Source: an uncultured delta proteobacterium
GTDB taxonomy: Bacteria; Desulfobacterota; Binatia; Binatales; Binataceae
Assembly: GCA_963808235.1 (NCBI GenBank)
Contig: CAWEEQ010000004.1
Location: 3,776,001 to 3,840,000 of the forward strand
Length of the DNA: 64,000 nucleotides
Direction of reading: 5' to 3'
The position numbers were made by a program, and so were the translations under genes. Of the stretch, positions 52,544 through 62,506 are shown piece by piece; position 1 is the first letter of the stretch, and each line of letters starts with the position of its first letter. A model generated the notes under the pieces. The model did no database searches. It was not told where the DNA came from and saw only the letters and a list, made by a program, of their open reading frames with translations.

Positions 52544-53419
52544 ATGAGTGATTTCGCGCACCGTCCTCGAGCGTTCGCCGCCAGCGCCGCACTTTTCATG
52601 TTGTTGGGCTGGCATTCAATGAGCCTCGCTCAGCAGACCGCCGCAGCGGGCAACGACGAGGAAGGACTAGCCGAAAAGGAATACGATCCTACTGCGAGTC
52701 TGACTCAGTTCAAGATCCAGGACATCTACACACCGGCCGAGTACGGGACGAATGCTCAGCCGAACACGCTGCAGATTCGCCCCCTCTTAACCGTTCGGCC
52801 GCAATTATTCACACCGCTCGAGCAACTCATCCGGCCGAGTATTCAAATCGTGACCGTTCCTCGCAACAGAGGCGCGTCAACGACCACCGCGCTCGATGAC
52901 TTCCAACTTCTGGACCTGTTCGTGATGCCCTGGCCGAACGCAAAGGAGACTCATTTCCGATGGGGTATCGGACCTTACTTCGTATTCCCGACATCCACCA
53001 GCCAATTCACCGGCAAAGGAGCATGGCAGCTGGGGCCAGCGTGGGCCTTCGGCTACCGGGAAATCCCAAGGCTGCAAATCGCCGGTCTTTTTCAGCAGGC
53101 GACTTCGTTCGCGTACTCATCGTCGCATTCGGTTCCGGTCAGCTCGCTCCAGATCCAACCGATCCTAACCTATCAGCTAGACCGCGGATGGTATCTGAAA
53201 TCGAGCGACGCGACCTGGAAGATCAATTACCGTCACAACACTTCAACCGAAATACCGTTAAGCGCCGGATTCGGGAAAGTGTGGAAATTCCGCGAGGGCT
53301 ATGCCATCGACACGTCGTTCTCCGCCGAATGGATGGTCTATCGACAATTTGACCCTCAAGCTGAGCAATTCGGCTTGAGATTCCAAATGAACCTGCTGTT
53401 GCCACAATTAGAGCTATGA
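52544..53419 (+). CDS. Putative outer-membrane beta-barrel/transporter-like protein
   Basis: Signal peptide; DPTASL, WGIGPYFVFPT, GKGAWQLGP and PLSAGFGKV motifs. Confidence 0.7.
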   Translation: MSDFAHRPRAFAASAALFMLLGWHSMSLAQQTAAAGNDEEGLAEKEYDPTASLTQFKIQDIYTPAEYGTNAQPNTLQIRPLLTVRPQLFTPLEQLIRPSIQIVTVPRNRGASTTTALDDFQLLDLFVMPWPNAKETHFRWGIGPYFVFPTSTSQFTGKGAWQLGPAWAFGYREIPRLQIAGLFQQATSFAYSSSHSVPVSSLQIQPILTYQLDRGWYLKSSDATWKINYRHNTSTEIPLSAGFGKVWKFREGYAIDTSFSAEWMVYRQFDPQAEQFGLRFQMNLLLPQLEL

Positions 53420-53515
53420 GGCTAGAGCTATTTCGCTAGGACTGAATGCTTGGACCAAACTACCCTTAGACATATGAGGTCTATGAAGAATCGGAGCAAG
53501 TGCGGAGGCTATTCA

Positions 53516-54802
53516 GTGAATCGTGAACTCATTCTGTCACGCATCCATAGGACTATCTCTCTTGCTACGGTTATCTTGCTGGCATTCGTCACGTCCGCGC
53601 GAGGCGCCGGCTTGTTGCTTTATGAGACCGGCGCGCCAGATCTAGGCACCGCAAGCGCCGGACGAGCCGCGATGGCCGCCGACGCCTCGACTGCCGCAGC
53701 AAATCCTGCCGGGATGACTTTACTCGACCGCTCACAGTTGCTGAGTGCGTCTGGCGCACTCCTTCCGTCGAATAACTTCGACGTAGCCCCCCAAACAACA
53801 ACGCCGGGAGGCGGCGGCGGCAATGCCGGAGTGTTCTTTCCCATCGGAGGGTTCTTCTATGTTTACAGGCTCTCGGAGCGGGTTCGGCTCGGCGTGGCTG
53901 TCGATTCCGATTTCGCAGGAAACTTCAACTACGGAAAGAAATGGACGGGACGGTACTACGTGACGCGGGAGCCGCTCATCACCGGTAAAGTCAACCCGTC
54001 AATAGCTTACGAAGTGAATGACTGGCTCTCGGTGGGCGCAGGTTTCAGCTTCTCGGTCGGACGTTTGCAGTTCCAATCGAAGATTAACAACGTTCTTCCG
54101 CGCGTGCCGGACGGTGGCCTCGCGATCGAGTCGTGGGATGAGGCATTCGGTGGTAACGTCGGCATACTGCTCAGGCCGATAGCTAAACTCCGCGTCGGCC
54201 TCACCTATCAGTCGCCGGTCGATTACAAATTCGGCTTTCGGCCGCACGTCACGGGTCTCGGTCCTGTTCTCAGCCGTATTCAGACGAGAATCGGCGGCGT
54301 AAAGGTCAATATCCCGATGGAAGTGCCGCAACAGGTGATGTTAAGTGGGCTCTACGACGTCACCCCCTACTTCAGCCTGATGGGCAATGTCGGATGGCAG
54401 AACTGGTCTGCGTTCGGAGAGTTCCCGATTGGAATTTCCGCCCTCAAGCAAAGGACGGTTGAGGCCAACCTGCATTTTTCCGATACGTGTCAGGTCGCGA
54501 TCGGACAGCAATTTCGGTTCGGTGAAAAATGGCTTTGGTCGGCCGGATTTGCCTATGACAGTTCGCCAGTCTCGCGAGCGAACCGCGTACCCAGCTTGCC
54601 TCTCGATCGCCAGCTGCGATATGGCACCGGCCTCCAATATCAGATCAATCGTGACGTAACGGCCGGCGTTGCGTGGCAGTTTATGGACGCAGGCCCCGCT
54701 CCTTACAGTGCTCGCCGTGGACCGCTCGCTGGAACATTGCAGGGGCATTACTCGACGAACTATCTGAACTTCGTCGCACTGAACATCATTTGGAAGTTCT
54801 AA
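53516..54802 (+). CDS. OmpP1/FadL-family outer-membrane transporter
   Basis: GLLLYE, ASAGRAA.A.DASTAAANPAGM, NPSIAYEVND; C-terminal Phe. Confidence 0.9.
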   Translation: MNRELILSRIHRTISLATVILLAFVTSARGAGLLLYETGAPDLGTASAGRAAMAADASTAAANPAGMTLLDRSQLLSASGALLPSNNFDVAPQTTTPGGGGGNAGVFFPIGGFFYVYRLSERVRLGVAVDSDFAGNFNYGKKWTGRYYVTREPLITGKVNPSIAYEVNDWLSVGAGFSFSVGRLQFQSKINNVLPRVPDGGLAIESWDEAFGGNVGILLRPIAKLRVGLTYQSPVDYKFGFRPHVTGLGPVLSRIQTRIGGVKVNIPMEVPQQVMLSGLYDVTPYFSLMGNVGWQNWSAFGEFPIGISALKQRTVEANLHFSDTCQVAIGQQFRFGEKWLWSAGFAYDSSPVSRANRVPSLPLDRQLRYGTGLQYQINRDVTAGVAWQFMDAGPAPYSARRGPLAGTLQGHYSTNYLNFVALNIIWKF

Positions 54803-54889
54803 ACTGAAATAAAATTGCGGCGACCGCGTCTGCCCGGTCCGATATCGATTCCCGCACTTCTGGTCGAATAGGTAGCTAGCACGATTGCG

Positions 54890-57800
54890 TCATAGTAGTG
54901 CGACGTGTCGCCCGGCAGCTGTATTGGACTCGCGATCGCAAGCGGCGTGAATCGCATCGATCAGAGTCACGCGTTTGATAGGTTTGCTCACATGGGCGTC
55001 GCAGCCGGCGTCCAGGCACTCGCGCACAGCGTCGGGCAGTGCCGACGCGGTCAGCGCAATGATTGGTGTGCGCGGGCCGCCGTTCCCGTTTTCCCATCGC
55101 CTGATCGCGCGGGTCGCCTCGAGCCCGTCCATCACCGGCATCCTGATGTCCATAAGCACCAGGTCATATTCTTCGGTCGTGAACCGCGCCAACGCTTCGC
55201 GGCCGTCCCCGGCCTCATTCAGTTCGCACCCCGTCTCCGAGAGGAACGCGCGCACCAGCATACGGTTGTCAGGAGAATCGTCGGCCAGCAGGATCCGCAA
55301 TCCGTTAAGCGCACCAGTTACTTCGGCGACAAGCGGTCCGACCGCGGGCTCTGCGATCCCATCGGTGTCGCACATTACTCTGCTGATCGCTTCGAGCAGT
55401 TCGGCTCGCCGTATCGGCTTGACCAGATAGGCGTGAAGTCCGAGTTCACACAGCTCCGCAAGCCGGACCCTCATGTCGTCAGAGGTGAGCATCATCACGA
55501 CTGGTAGCGGCGCGCCGCTCTTCGTATAGAACGCGCGGATGCGTGCGGCCAGTTCGATCCCATCCATCCCCGGCATTCTGCAATCCAGCAGGATTAGCTC
55601 GAATGGACGTCCAGTGGCGCTTGCTTTCTCGAGTTCTTTCAGCGCGTCCGCGCCGCTTGGCGCGCCGGTGATTCGCGCACCCTCGGATTCGAGGATCTCA
55701 CGCAGAATCAGGCGATTAACCTCGGTATCGTCGACGATCAAGGTCTCAACGTCGCGGAGATTGAGCTGCGCGGCCCCAGCGCGCTTGTCCATTGCCCGTC
55801 CGGCGCCGAACATCGCGACGAAACTGAAACAGCTTCCCATCCCAGGCTCGCTCTCGACCGTGATCTCACCGCCGGCAAGCTCGACCAGCCGGCGCGCGAT
55901 CGCGAGTCCGAGCCCGCTCCCACCGTAACGGCGTGTGGTCGATGAGTCGGCCTGGCCGAAGGTGGAAAATATTATCGATAGCTTGTCCTTGGGAATGCCG
56001 ATGCCGGTGTCACGAATCGCGAAGCGCAGTCCGATCTGATCGGAGTTCGGCCGGCCCGCGGCGGCGAAGTCCGCGCGTTCGACAGTCAGAACGATCTCGC
56101 CGCGCTCGGTGAATTTGATCGCGTTGCCGAGCAGATTGACCAGAATCTGGCGCAGACGCAAAGGGTCGCCGAGCAAGTTGCGCGGCACGTCGGGCGCGAT
56201 TCGCATCGCGAGCTCGAGTCCTTTTTCGTGCGCCCGCCCACCCATCATGTCGCCCAGCTTGTCGATCAGTTCTTCGAGATCCAGTTCGATGCGCTCGATC
56301 GTGAGGCGGCCGCTCTCGATCTTGGCAAGGTCGAGGATGTCGTTGATCAGATCGAGCAGCGCGTCGCCATTGGAGCGCATCACGTTGACCCACCGGCGCT
56401 GCTCGTCGGTGAGAGTACTGTTGGTCAGCAGCTCCGCCATCCCGAGCACCGCGTTCATGGGGGTGCGAATTTCGTGCGACATGTTGGAGAGGAAATCCGA
56501 CTTGGCTCGCGAGCCCGCGAGTGCAGCTTCGCGGGCAGCGATTAGTTGATCCTGAGTTTCCTTTAGTGCGGTGATATCGCGAGTGAAGGTGACGCAGCTT
56601 AGATGTCCGCGCAGCTTGAGATTGAGCGCGGAGATCAGGCCGGAGTAGGTGCTGCCATCTTTGCGGATGAAGGTCGCTTCCATGTTCCTGACCAGTCCGA
56701 CTCGTTTGAGCTCTGCGACCAGGCGCGCGGTATCTTCGGGGTTCATGAATGACGGGAAATCGCGTGAGCGTTTTCCGATCACATCTTCGCGGCGGTAGCC
56801 GCTATGTCGTGTGTATTCATCGTTGACATCGATGTACCTGCCGGTTTCGAGATCGAGAATCATCATGGAGTCCAGGTTCTGATCGAATACCTGGCGCAGC
56901 GCCATCTCGCTCTCACGCAGTTGGGCCGCGGTAAGCTCGCGCTCGGCGATCATCTGCTCGCGTTGGACAGCCTCCGCGCGGAGCCGCTCCTCGCTCGCTC
57001 GCAACGCCTCGACTTGACGCGACAGTTGCTCGCGCGCGGCGCGCAGCTCAAGCTCGGTCTCCCTGATCGAATGAATGTCGCGACCGATCGAGACCAGACA
57101 CTGCTCCCCGCCGATCTCGGTGACCACAGCCGAGAGCAGGTATGGGATGATGCGCCCGTCTTTGTGGCGGACGTCCACCTCCATGTTGCGCACGATCGAT
57201 TCCGAGGTCACGCGCTCGACGAAGGTGCGCGTTTGCCCCGGATCGGACCAGATGCCCAGGGCCGCGGGCGTTTTCCCGAGCACTTCGCCGGAAGTGAAGC
57301 CGGTGGTCTGCGTGAAGCCACTGTTGACGGTTACATACGTGCGGTCAGAGACGCGGTTGATTGTGATTGCGTCGGGGCTCGATTCAATGATCTTACGGAG
57401 CATCTCTTCGCTTTCTTGCAGCTTGCGCTCAGTCTCCTTGAGGCTGCTGACGTCGCGAGTGAAGGACACGATACACGGCTCGCCGTCGAGTTCGATGATC
57501 ACGCCGGAGATGAGGCAGGGAACGATCACGCCGTCGAAGCGGCGGAAATTCGCCGCGAAATTGCGCACCCGCTTGCGCTCCTTCATCTTCGCCAGAAATT
57601 CCCTCAGCTGCGCGTCGTCGGCCCAGATCGAAATCTGCCGGGGTGAACGGCCGACCGACTGGATGACCTCGAAGCCGGTGGTCTCGAATTCGCGATTGAG
57701 CAGGACGTAGGCACCGTCGGACAGGCGGTTGATCGTGATCACTTCGGGGCTGGCAGCGATGATTCGGCGGGCCATGTCCTCGCTAACGTGGGCGTGGCGC

Positions 57801-58432
57801 TCGGCGCGTTCGAGTTCGGCAATCTTGTTGCGCAAAGCGGCCTGGATGCTGGCGTGGCTCTGAATGGCCTGCCTAATCCGCCAGCGGTTGCGGCGGTTGA
57901 TTTCATGAGTGAGGTGCGCGAGCGTGACCGCGACCGCGAGCGTTATCCAGTAGTAGACGCTGAGATGGATCGCCAATGATGCGACGATCAGGCATGCGAT
58001 GCCCACCAGCTCCAGCGACGCCTGCCACCGCCATCCCCACGGCACCAGCACGCCGGTCCCAATCAGAAAGAGCAGCACCGACCCGAACAGCAGGGCAGGC
58101 CGGTTGTCCGCGAAGCCAATCAAGGTGCTGCTCACCATCAACGCGGAGCAGCTCCACCACCCCCAACTCCGCCAGTGAGTGCTGAAGACCTCGATATAGG
58201 TCGCGCACAGGATCGCCACGCCGATCATCAGGTTCAGCACGTGGAGAGGACCGGTTCCGGGGGCGGCGGGTCGAGTCTGGTGGGGACCGGCGAACAGGCA
58301 GGCGAGCTGAAATGCGATGACAAGTGTCGCGCCAATTCGCATCGGCGCCACAAGGTAGCCGGGATTCAAGTCGAGGAGCAGGAGTTCCGTCGGGTCGCCG
58401 GCATCGGGCCCATTCTGAGCTTCCGGCGGCAT
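54890..58432 (-). CDS. Membrane-bound multi-PAS hybrid histidine kinase (two receiver domains)
   Basis: N-terminal TM helices, three PAS repeats, FLSNMSHEIRTPMNA, HATPase, two REC domains; TGATG overlap with the upstream kinase. Confidence 0.93.
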   Translation of the reverse strand: MPPEAQNGPDAGDPTELLLLDLNPGYLVAPMRIGATLVIAFQLACLFAGPHQTRPAAPGTGPLHVLNLMIGVAILCATYIEVFSTHWRSWGWWSCSALMVSSTLIGFADNRPALLFGSVLLFLIGTGVLVPWGWRWQASLELVGIACLIVASLAIHLSVYYWITLAVAVTLAHLTHEINRRNRWRIRQAIQSHASIQAALRNKIAELERAERHAHVSEDMARRIIAASPEVITINRLSDGAYVLLNREFETTGFEVIQSVGRSPRQISIWADDAQLREFLAKMKERKRVRNFAANFRRFDGVIVPCLISGVIIELDGEPCIVSFTRDVSSLKETERKLQESEEMLRKIIESSPDAITINRVSDRTYVTVNSGFTQTTGFTSGEVLGKTPAALGIWSDPGQTRTFVERVTSESIVRNMEVDVRHKDGRIIPYLLSAVVTEIGGEQCLVSIGRDIHSIRETELELRAAREQLSRQVEALRASEERLRAEAVQREQMIAERELTAAQLRESEMALRQVFDQNLDSMMILDLETGRYIDVNDEYTRHSGYRREDVIGKRSRDFPSFMNPEDTARLVAELKRVGLVRNMEATFIRKDGSTYSGLISALNLKLRGHLSCVTFTRDITALKETQDQLIAAREAALAGSRAKSDFLSNMSHEIRTPMNAVLGMAELLTNSTLTDEQRRWVNVMRSNGDALLDLINDILDLAKIESGRLTIERIELDLEELIDKLGDMMGGRAHEKGLELAMRIAPDVPRNLLGDPLRLRQILVNLLGNAIKFTERGEIVLTVERADFAAAGRPNSDQIGLRFAIRDTGIGIPKDKLSIIFSTFGQADSSTTRRYGGSGLGLAIARRLVELAGGEITVESEPGMGSCFSFVAMFGAGRAMDKRAGAAQLNLRDVETLIVDDTEVNRLILREILESEGARITGAPSGADALKELEKASATGRPFELILLDCRMPGMDGIELAARIRAFYTKSGAPLPVVMMLTSDDMRVRLAELCELGLHAYLVKPIRRAELLEAISRVMCDTDGIAEPAVGPLVAEVTGALNGLRILLADDSPDNRMLVRAFLSETGCELNEAGDGREALARFTTEEYDLVLMDIRMPVMDGLEATRAIRRWENGNGGPRTPIIALTASALPDAVRECLDAGCDAHVSKPIKRVTLIDAIHAACDRESNTAAGRHVALL

Positions 58433-60084
58433 CAGCTGTCTCCCGCAAAAGCAGGGATGATGCTCGGGTGTCCGCCGGTCTGCGTGACGGTTCGGATCGC
58501 GGCGATGACGGTGGACTTCTTGACTGGTTTGGAGACGTGCAAATCGCATCCGCTGTCAATCGCCTTGCGGACTTCCTCCGGGAACGCGGAGGCGCTCAGC
58601 GCGATAATCGGCGTCCGGGGCAGCCCGTGCTCGCGCTCGCGCTTGCGAATCGCGCGGGTCGCAGCGTAACCGTCCATCACCGGCATCTGGATGTCCATCA
58701 GGATAAGATCGTACTGAGCCGAGGTGAATTTCCGCACGGCTATTTCGCCATTCTCAGCAGTATCGAGATGGTAGTGGGTGCTCTTCAGGTATGCGTCCAC
58801 CAGAAGGCGGCTCTCGAAAGTGTCTTCAGCCAGCAGGATCCTGAGTGGCGGCTCCGATGCTGACTGTTGGTCAGAGCCAGGAGCGATGGCCCTTGCGTGT
58901 GCCATCGCAGTCGCGATTGCTGCGTATAGTTCGGCGCGGCGGATTGGCTTGACCAGACAAGCCTCAACTCCAAGCTCGCGCATGCGCGCCGTCGTGACAC
59001 TGAGGTCATCCGAGGTCAGCATCAGCGCCAGCATCGGGCGCCCGGAAATGCCGCTACCGACCCGCCTCGCCATCTCGAGTCCATCCATACCGGGCATCCG
59101 GTAATCAATTACCAGCAGCTCGAATGGTTCTTCAGTCTGAAGCGCCCGGCCAAACTTGGAAAGGGCATCCTCTCCGCTCGCGGCTTCCGTCACAAGAGCG
59201 CCTTTGGCCTGAAGCATCTCGCGCACGATCGTTCGGTTCACAGGCGTGTCGTCTACGACAAGCGTTCGGACGCCCATAAGATTGAGCTGAGTAGCGGTCG
59301 CTCTGGCCTGGATCGAAGCGGGCCGAAATTCGAATCGGGCGGTGAAATGAACCACGCTTCCTTTTCCGATTTCGCTTACCGCCCAAATCCTGCCACCCAT
59401 CAGCTCGACCAACCGTTTCACGATCGCCATTCCGAAACCGCTGCCAAAATGCCCCCGTGCGATCGAGGTGTCCGCCGGTGGGAGGCTATCGAAGATTCTG
59501 GCGATTTTGTCCTGAGCAATGCCGATACCCGAATCATCGACTGAGAAGTGGAGTAGAGCCGATTGACCGGTCTCGTCTTCCTTCTCGACGGTCAAGACAA
59601 TCGAACCGACTTCTGTAAACTTGATCGCGTTGCCGACCAGGTTAAGCAGAATCTGACGGAGCCTGGACGCGTCTCCGATCACATGGGTCGGAATGCCCCG
59701 GGTTACATCGCATGCCAGCTCCAGGTGCTTGCTGTGAGCGCGGATCGCAAGAGTCGCGCAGACGCGCTCCACGAGGTCGATCAGATCGAACTCAGTCTGC
59801 TCCAGTGCGAACGGTTCCGCCCGGACTTTGCCGAGGTCGAGGATGTCATCGATAAGATCGAGCAGCACATTGCCGTTGCTGACCAGTATGTCCACATACT
59901 TGCGTTGCTCCACATTGAGCCTGGTGTCAGCAAGCAGCTCCGCCATCCCTAGCACCGCGTTCATCGGCGTGCGAATCTCGTGAGATATGCGGGCTAGGGA
60001 CTCATACTCGGCTCGCGGCGCGGAAAGCGAACCTTCCTGCTCCTCCTCGACTTGGTACTGATCTGACTTGGGCACCGACCTCAT
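58432..60084 (-). CDS. Sensor-less hybrid histidine kinase (HisKA-HATPase-REC-REC)
   Basis: ISHEIRTPMNA within about 35 aa of the start; NLVGNAIKFT; two REC domains. Confidence 0.9.
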   Translation of the reverse strand: MRSVPKSDQYQVEEEQEGSLSAPRAEYESLARISHEIRTPMNAVLGMAELLADTRLNVEQRKYVDILVSNGNVLLDLIDDILDLGKVRAEPFALEQTEFDLIDLVERVCATLAIRAHSKHLELACDVTRGIPTHVIGDASRLRQILLNLVGNAIKFTEVGSIVLTVEKEDETGQSALLHFSVDDSGIGIAQDKIARIFDSLPPADTSIARGHFGSGFGMAIVKRLVELMGGRIWAVSEIGKGSVVHFTARFEFRPASIQARATATQLNLMGVRTLVVDDTPVNRTIVREMLQAKGALVTEAASGEDALSKFGRALQTEEPFELLVIDYRMPGMDGLEMARRVGSGISGRPMLALMLTSDDLSVTTARMRELGVEACLVKPIRRAELYAAIATAMAHARAIAPGSDQQSASEPPLRILLAEDTFESRLLVDAYLKSTHYHLDTAENGEIAVRKFTSAQYDLILMDIQMPVMDGYAATRAIRKREREHGLPRTPIIALSASAFPEEVRKAIDSGCDLHVSKPVKKSTVIAAIRTVTQTGGHPSIIPAFAGDS

Positions 60085-61175
60085 ATTCCCGCCTCCTCAA
60101 GCAGAGCGCAGCGCAGTTTGAACAAATGGACCGTCAGTGTCAGGTAACGCAGCCGCCAGAGGGCAGAGAGGTTGTCGCTGTCAAGATCGATTCGGTAGTG
60201 TGAATCGATCGTCGCAATTGCCTTCCGGAATCGCTCGCTGAAATTTGCGGCCGGGCTCTCGCGCCAGGTGAGTCCGCCTCTGCCGAGGATCGCACGGGTC
60301 GCGGACTGACTGTACGCGGACATGGCTACCACGGCGTCAGAGAAAAGCTCATGCTCATCGCTCAGATGTTGGGGGAACGTTTTGCCGATCGCTACGTGGT
60401 CTCCGCGCTTGCCAAGAATTGCCTGGTAGACGTGGTGCCCGAGTTCGTGTCCGATCGTTGTGGCTACTGCGCCCGGCTCGTGGGCCGTGTTCAGGAAGAT
60501 CACGGTTGTGCTCCGCCCTTGCACCTTTTTCTCTGCCGAGAATCCCCATAGTGAGCGTCCGCCGCCTTGCAGATAAGGCTCGGCGCTGACGACTACATCT
60601 CCCCAGTGGAACATTCTTCGCAGTTGCTCGGACCCATGCCGATCCTGCCAACAACTCCATATCTGGGTGTATGGCTTGATGAACCGGTCGACGATCCTGC
60701 CTAGTTCCTGAGCCATTTCGACGGCAGGGAAACCGCGCCCCTCGCGATAGTCCGCTGCGAGCACAGTATTAAGATCCGCCAGCGCAAGGTGAGCTCCGTC
60801 TCCAAGCAGCTCGGATGAAAATTCGAGCTCGTCCAACAACTGCACCGCAAGCTCGTGATGGCCTTCAGGAGCGACTGGAGGCGTCAAGTTGTGAACGCAA
60901 GACTGCCCCAGGTCAGTCGAGATCGTTGACCCGGGGCGGACCGTACCAACGCGATCGCGCAGCTGGCCATTCGCGAAGAGAGAAAAAGCAGTGCGCGGAG
61001 CAATCGTTGGGTCGCCGAGAACTTTCGGATCGCAGGTGTCCGGTACCGAGCCCCGGTCATCTATAGATTTTATCACCGGGTTGGCATGCCCATCCGAGGG
61101 ATCTTGTCTGCAGCCAATTCTCCGGTCCCGATACTGGGACAATAGAGCCCTGGCCCAAATTCGACGAGTAGCCAC
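60081..61175 (-). CDS. IrrE/ImmA-like zinc metallopeptidase
   Basis: IFLN...TTIGHELGH (HExxH) with downstream EHELFSD third-ligand motif; follows an XRE HTH gene. Start uncertain. Confidence 0.65.
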   Translation of the reverse strand: MATRRIWARALLSQYRDRRIGCRQDPSDGHANPVIKSIDDRGSVPDTCDPKVLGDPTIAPRTAFSLFANGQLRDRVGTVRPGSTISTDLGQSCVHNLTPPVAPEGHHELAVQLLDELEFSSELLGDGAHLALADLNTVLAADYREGRGFPAVEMAQELGRIVDRFIKPYTQIWSCWQDRHGSEQLRRMFHWGDVVVSAEPYLQGGGRSLWGFSAEKKVQGRSTTVIFLNTAHEPGAVATTIGHELGHHVYQAILGKRGDHVAIGKTFPQHLSDEHELFSDAVVAMSAYSQSATRAILGRGGLTWRESPAANFSERFRKAIATIDSHYRIDLDSDNLSALWRLRYLTLTVHLFKLRCALLEEAGI

Positions 61176-61183
61176 GAATGCAC

Positions 61184-61609
61184 CTAACGACCGACCGCGT
61201 GGCGCACGATGTTGAGGATATAGATGAAGTCGCGAGGAGACCGGACTTCGCCGAGCAGCGCCATCCGCGACACCATCTCCATTTCCGTATCGCTAATGTT
61301 GTGGATGCTCCGCAGTTGCCTGTTGTGCCGGAAGTTCTCCCACGCCGCCGACGCGCGAGCCGGCTCCGAACCGAGCAGTTTCCGCGTGCACGGATGGGCC
61401 AGCAAGAACAGCTCGCGGCCGTCTAGCCCGAGCACCTTAGCTAGCCGGGCGACGATTCTGTCCGAAGGACGACGCTTGCCAGATTCGAGATGACCGACAT
61501 AGGGGATGGAAGTCTTGATGCGGCGCGCAACCTCCGCTTGAGTGAGGGAGCGCAGGCGGCGGCGATCGCGAATCACCTGACCAAAGCTTCGCTGCTCGGA
61601 CCCGATCAT
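61184..61609 (-). CDS. XRE-family HTH transcriptional regulator
   Basis: SFGQVIRDRR..RSLTQAEVA...YVGHLESGKRRPS; GGGGAGG RBS. Confidence 0.88.
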   Translation of the reverse strand: MIGSEQRSFGQVIRDRRRLRSLTQAEVARRIKTSIPYVGHLESGKRRPSDRIVARLAKVLGLDGRELFLLAHPCTRKLLGSEPARASAAWENFRHNRQLRSIHNISDTEMEMVSRMALLGEVRSPRDFIYILNIVRHAVGR

Positions 61610-61977
61610 GAAAAGTCTTACCTCCCCCGGCCGGCGCATAACCGCCCAAGCAGGTATGCAACCGTTGCGGACAGAGCAAGCCAGATGCCAATGGTGAATT
61701 TCAACAGCGAATCAGGCGCTTTTGCGGGAAGAACAGAAACCAGGGACTTTTAGTCGTGTCAACTGCTCAAAATCGGTTCGCTATTGGTGCGATCTTCAGC
61801 CGTCTCCGCTGGCGATAAAAAAATACCTCATCCTGACTGCCAGCGTCTTTAAGTAGCAGAAATACTACATAGAGTAGCGCATCTGCTACTTTTTGAACGG
61901 CGATTCCGTCAGATTTAGACTCTTGGACTAATCGAAAAACGCCAGCGGAAATGGGCCTCGGCAATCTCCGGGACCGC

Positions 61978-62295
61978 TCAATCGCTGAATCTGACTTCGA
62001 CGTGGTCGAGAAACTCGGCAAGAGCTCTTGCCCACTTCAGTGCTGCACACTGATCGGCACTGATCGCCGCAATCTCCAACTTGGCACCCATCGAGGTTAC
62101 TTCGTCGAAGCCGAACGCGGAGCCCTCGCCCTTGAGCTGGTGGCCAACGCGCGCTGCGGTATTGTAGTCGTTCCGCTCCAGTGCACCGATGGTGTCTGCG
62201 ATATCGGCGCGTTTGTTTCTGAGAAATTGAGGGACCAACACTCGTAGATCGCTATCCACGACTATGACCAGGTCTCGGTCTTCGTTCATGGCCAT
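61978..62295 (-). CDS. Hpt phosphotransfer domain protein
   Basis: LVPQFL..K..D...GHQLKGEGSAFGF motif. Confidence 0.88.
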   Translation of the reverse strand: MAMNEDRDLVIVVDSDLRVLVPQFLRNKRADIADTIGALERNDYNTAARVGHQLKGEGSAFGFDEVTSMGAKLEIAAISADQCAALKWARALAEFLDHVEVRFSD

Positions 62296-62506
62296 GATTT
62301 GGTTCCTCTGTCCGCGTTCCCGCTCCTTTAACGCAACGTGTAGCGTCTCCTATGAGTCGTGAGTAGCACCGGCCTCGCCCGGCCAAAATCAATGCTCGTG
62401 CAATAAGGATGCCTGCAACAGATTGGTCGCGCTTTTCGACCTGATTTGGTGGAGTCGCCGATCGAACGCAATATTGCTAGGCTGCGGGCAAGTGGGGTAG
62501 CCACCC

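Noticed and set aside
53448-53467. Weak extra copies of the 20-bp operator (also near 49704-49723)
   Set aside because: Only about 10-13 of 20 positions match and the palindrome is lost; not distinguishable from chance by eye.
61767-62021. 84-aa minus-strand ORF between the Hpt and XRE genes
   Set aside because: Overlaps the Hpt gene end, has no clear RBS or motif; could be a remnant but is unsupported.
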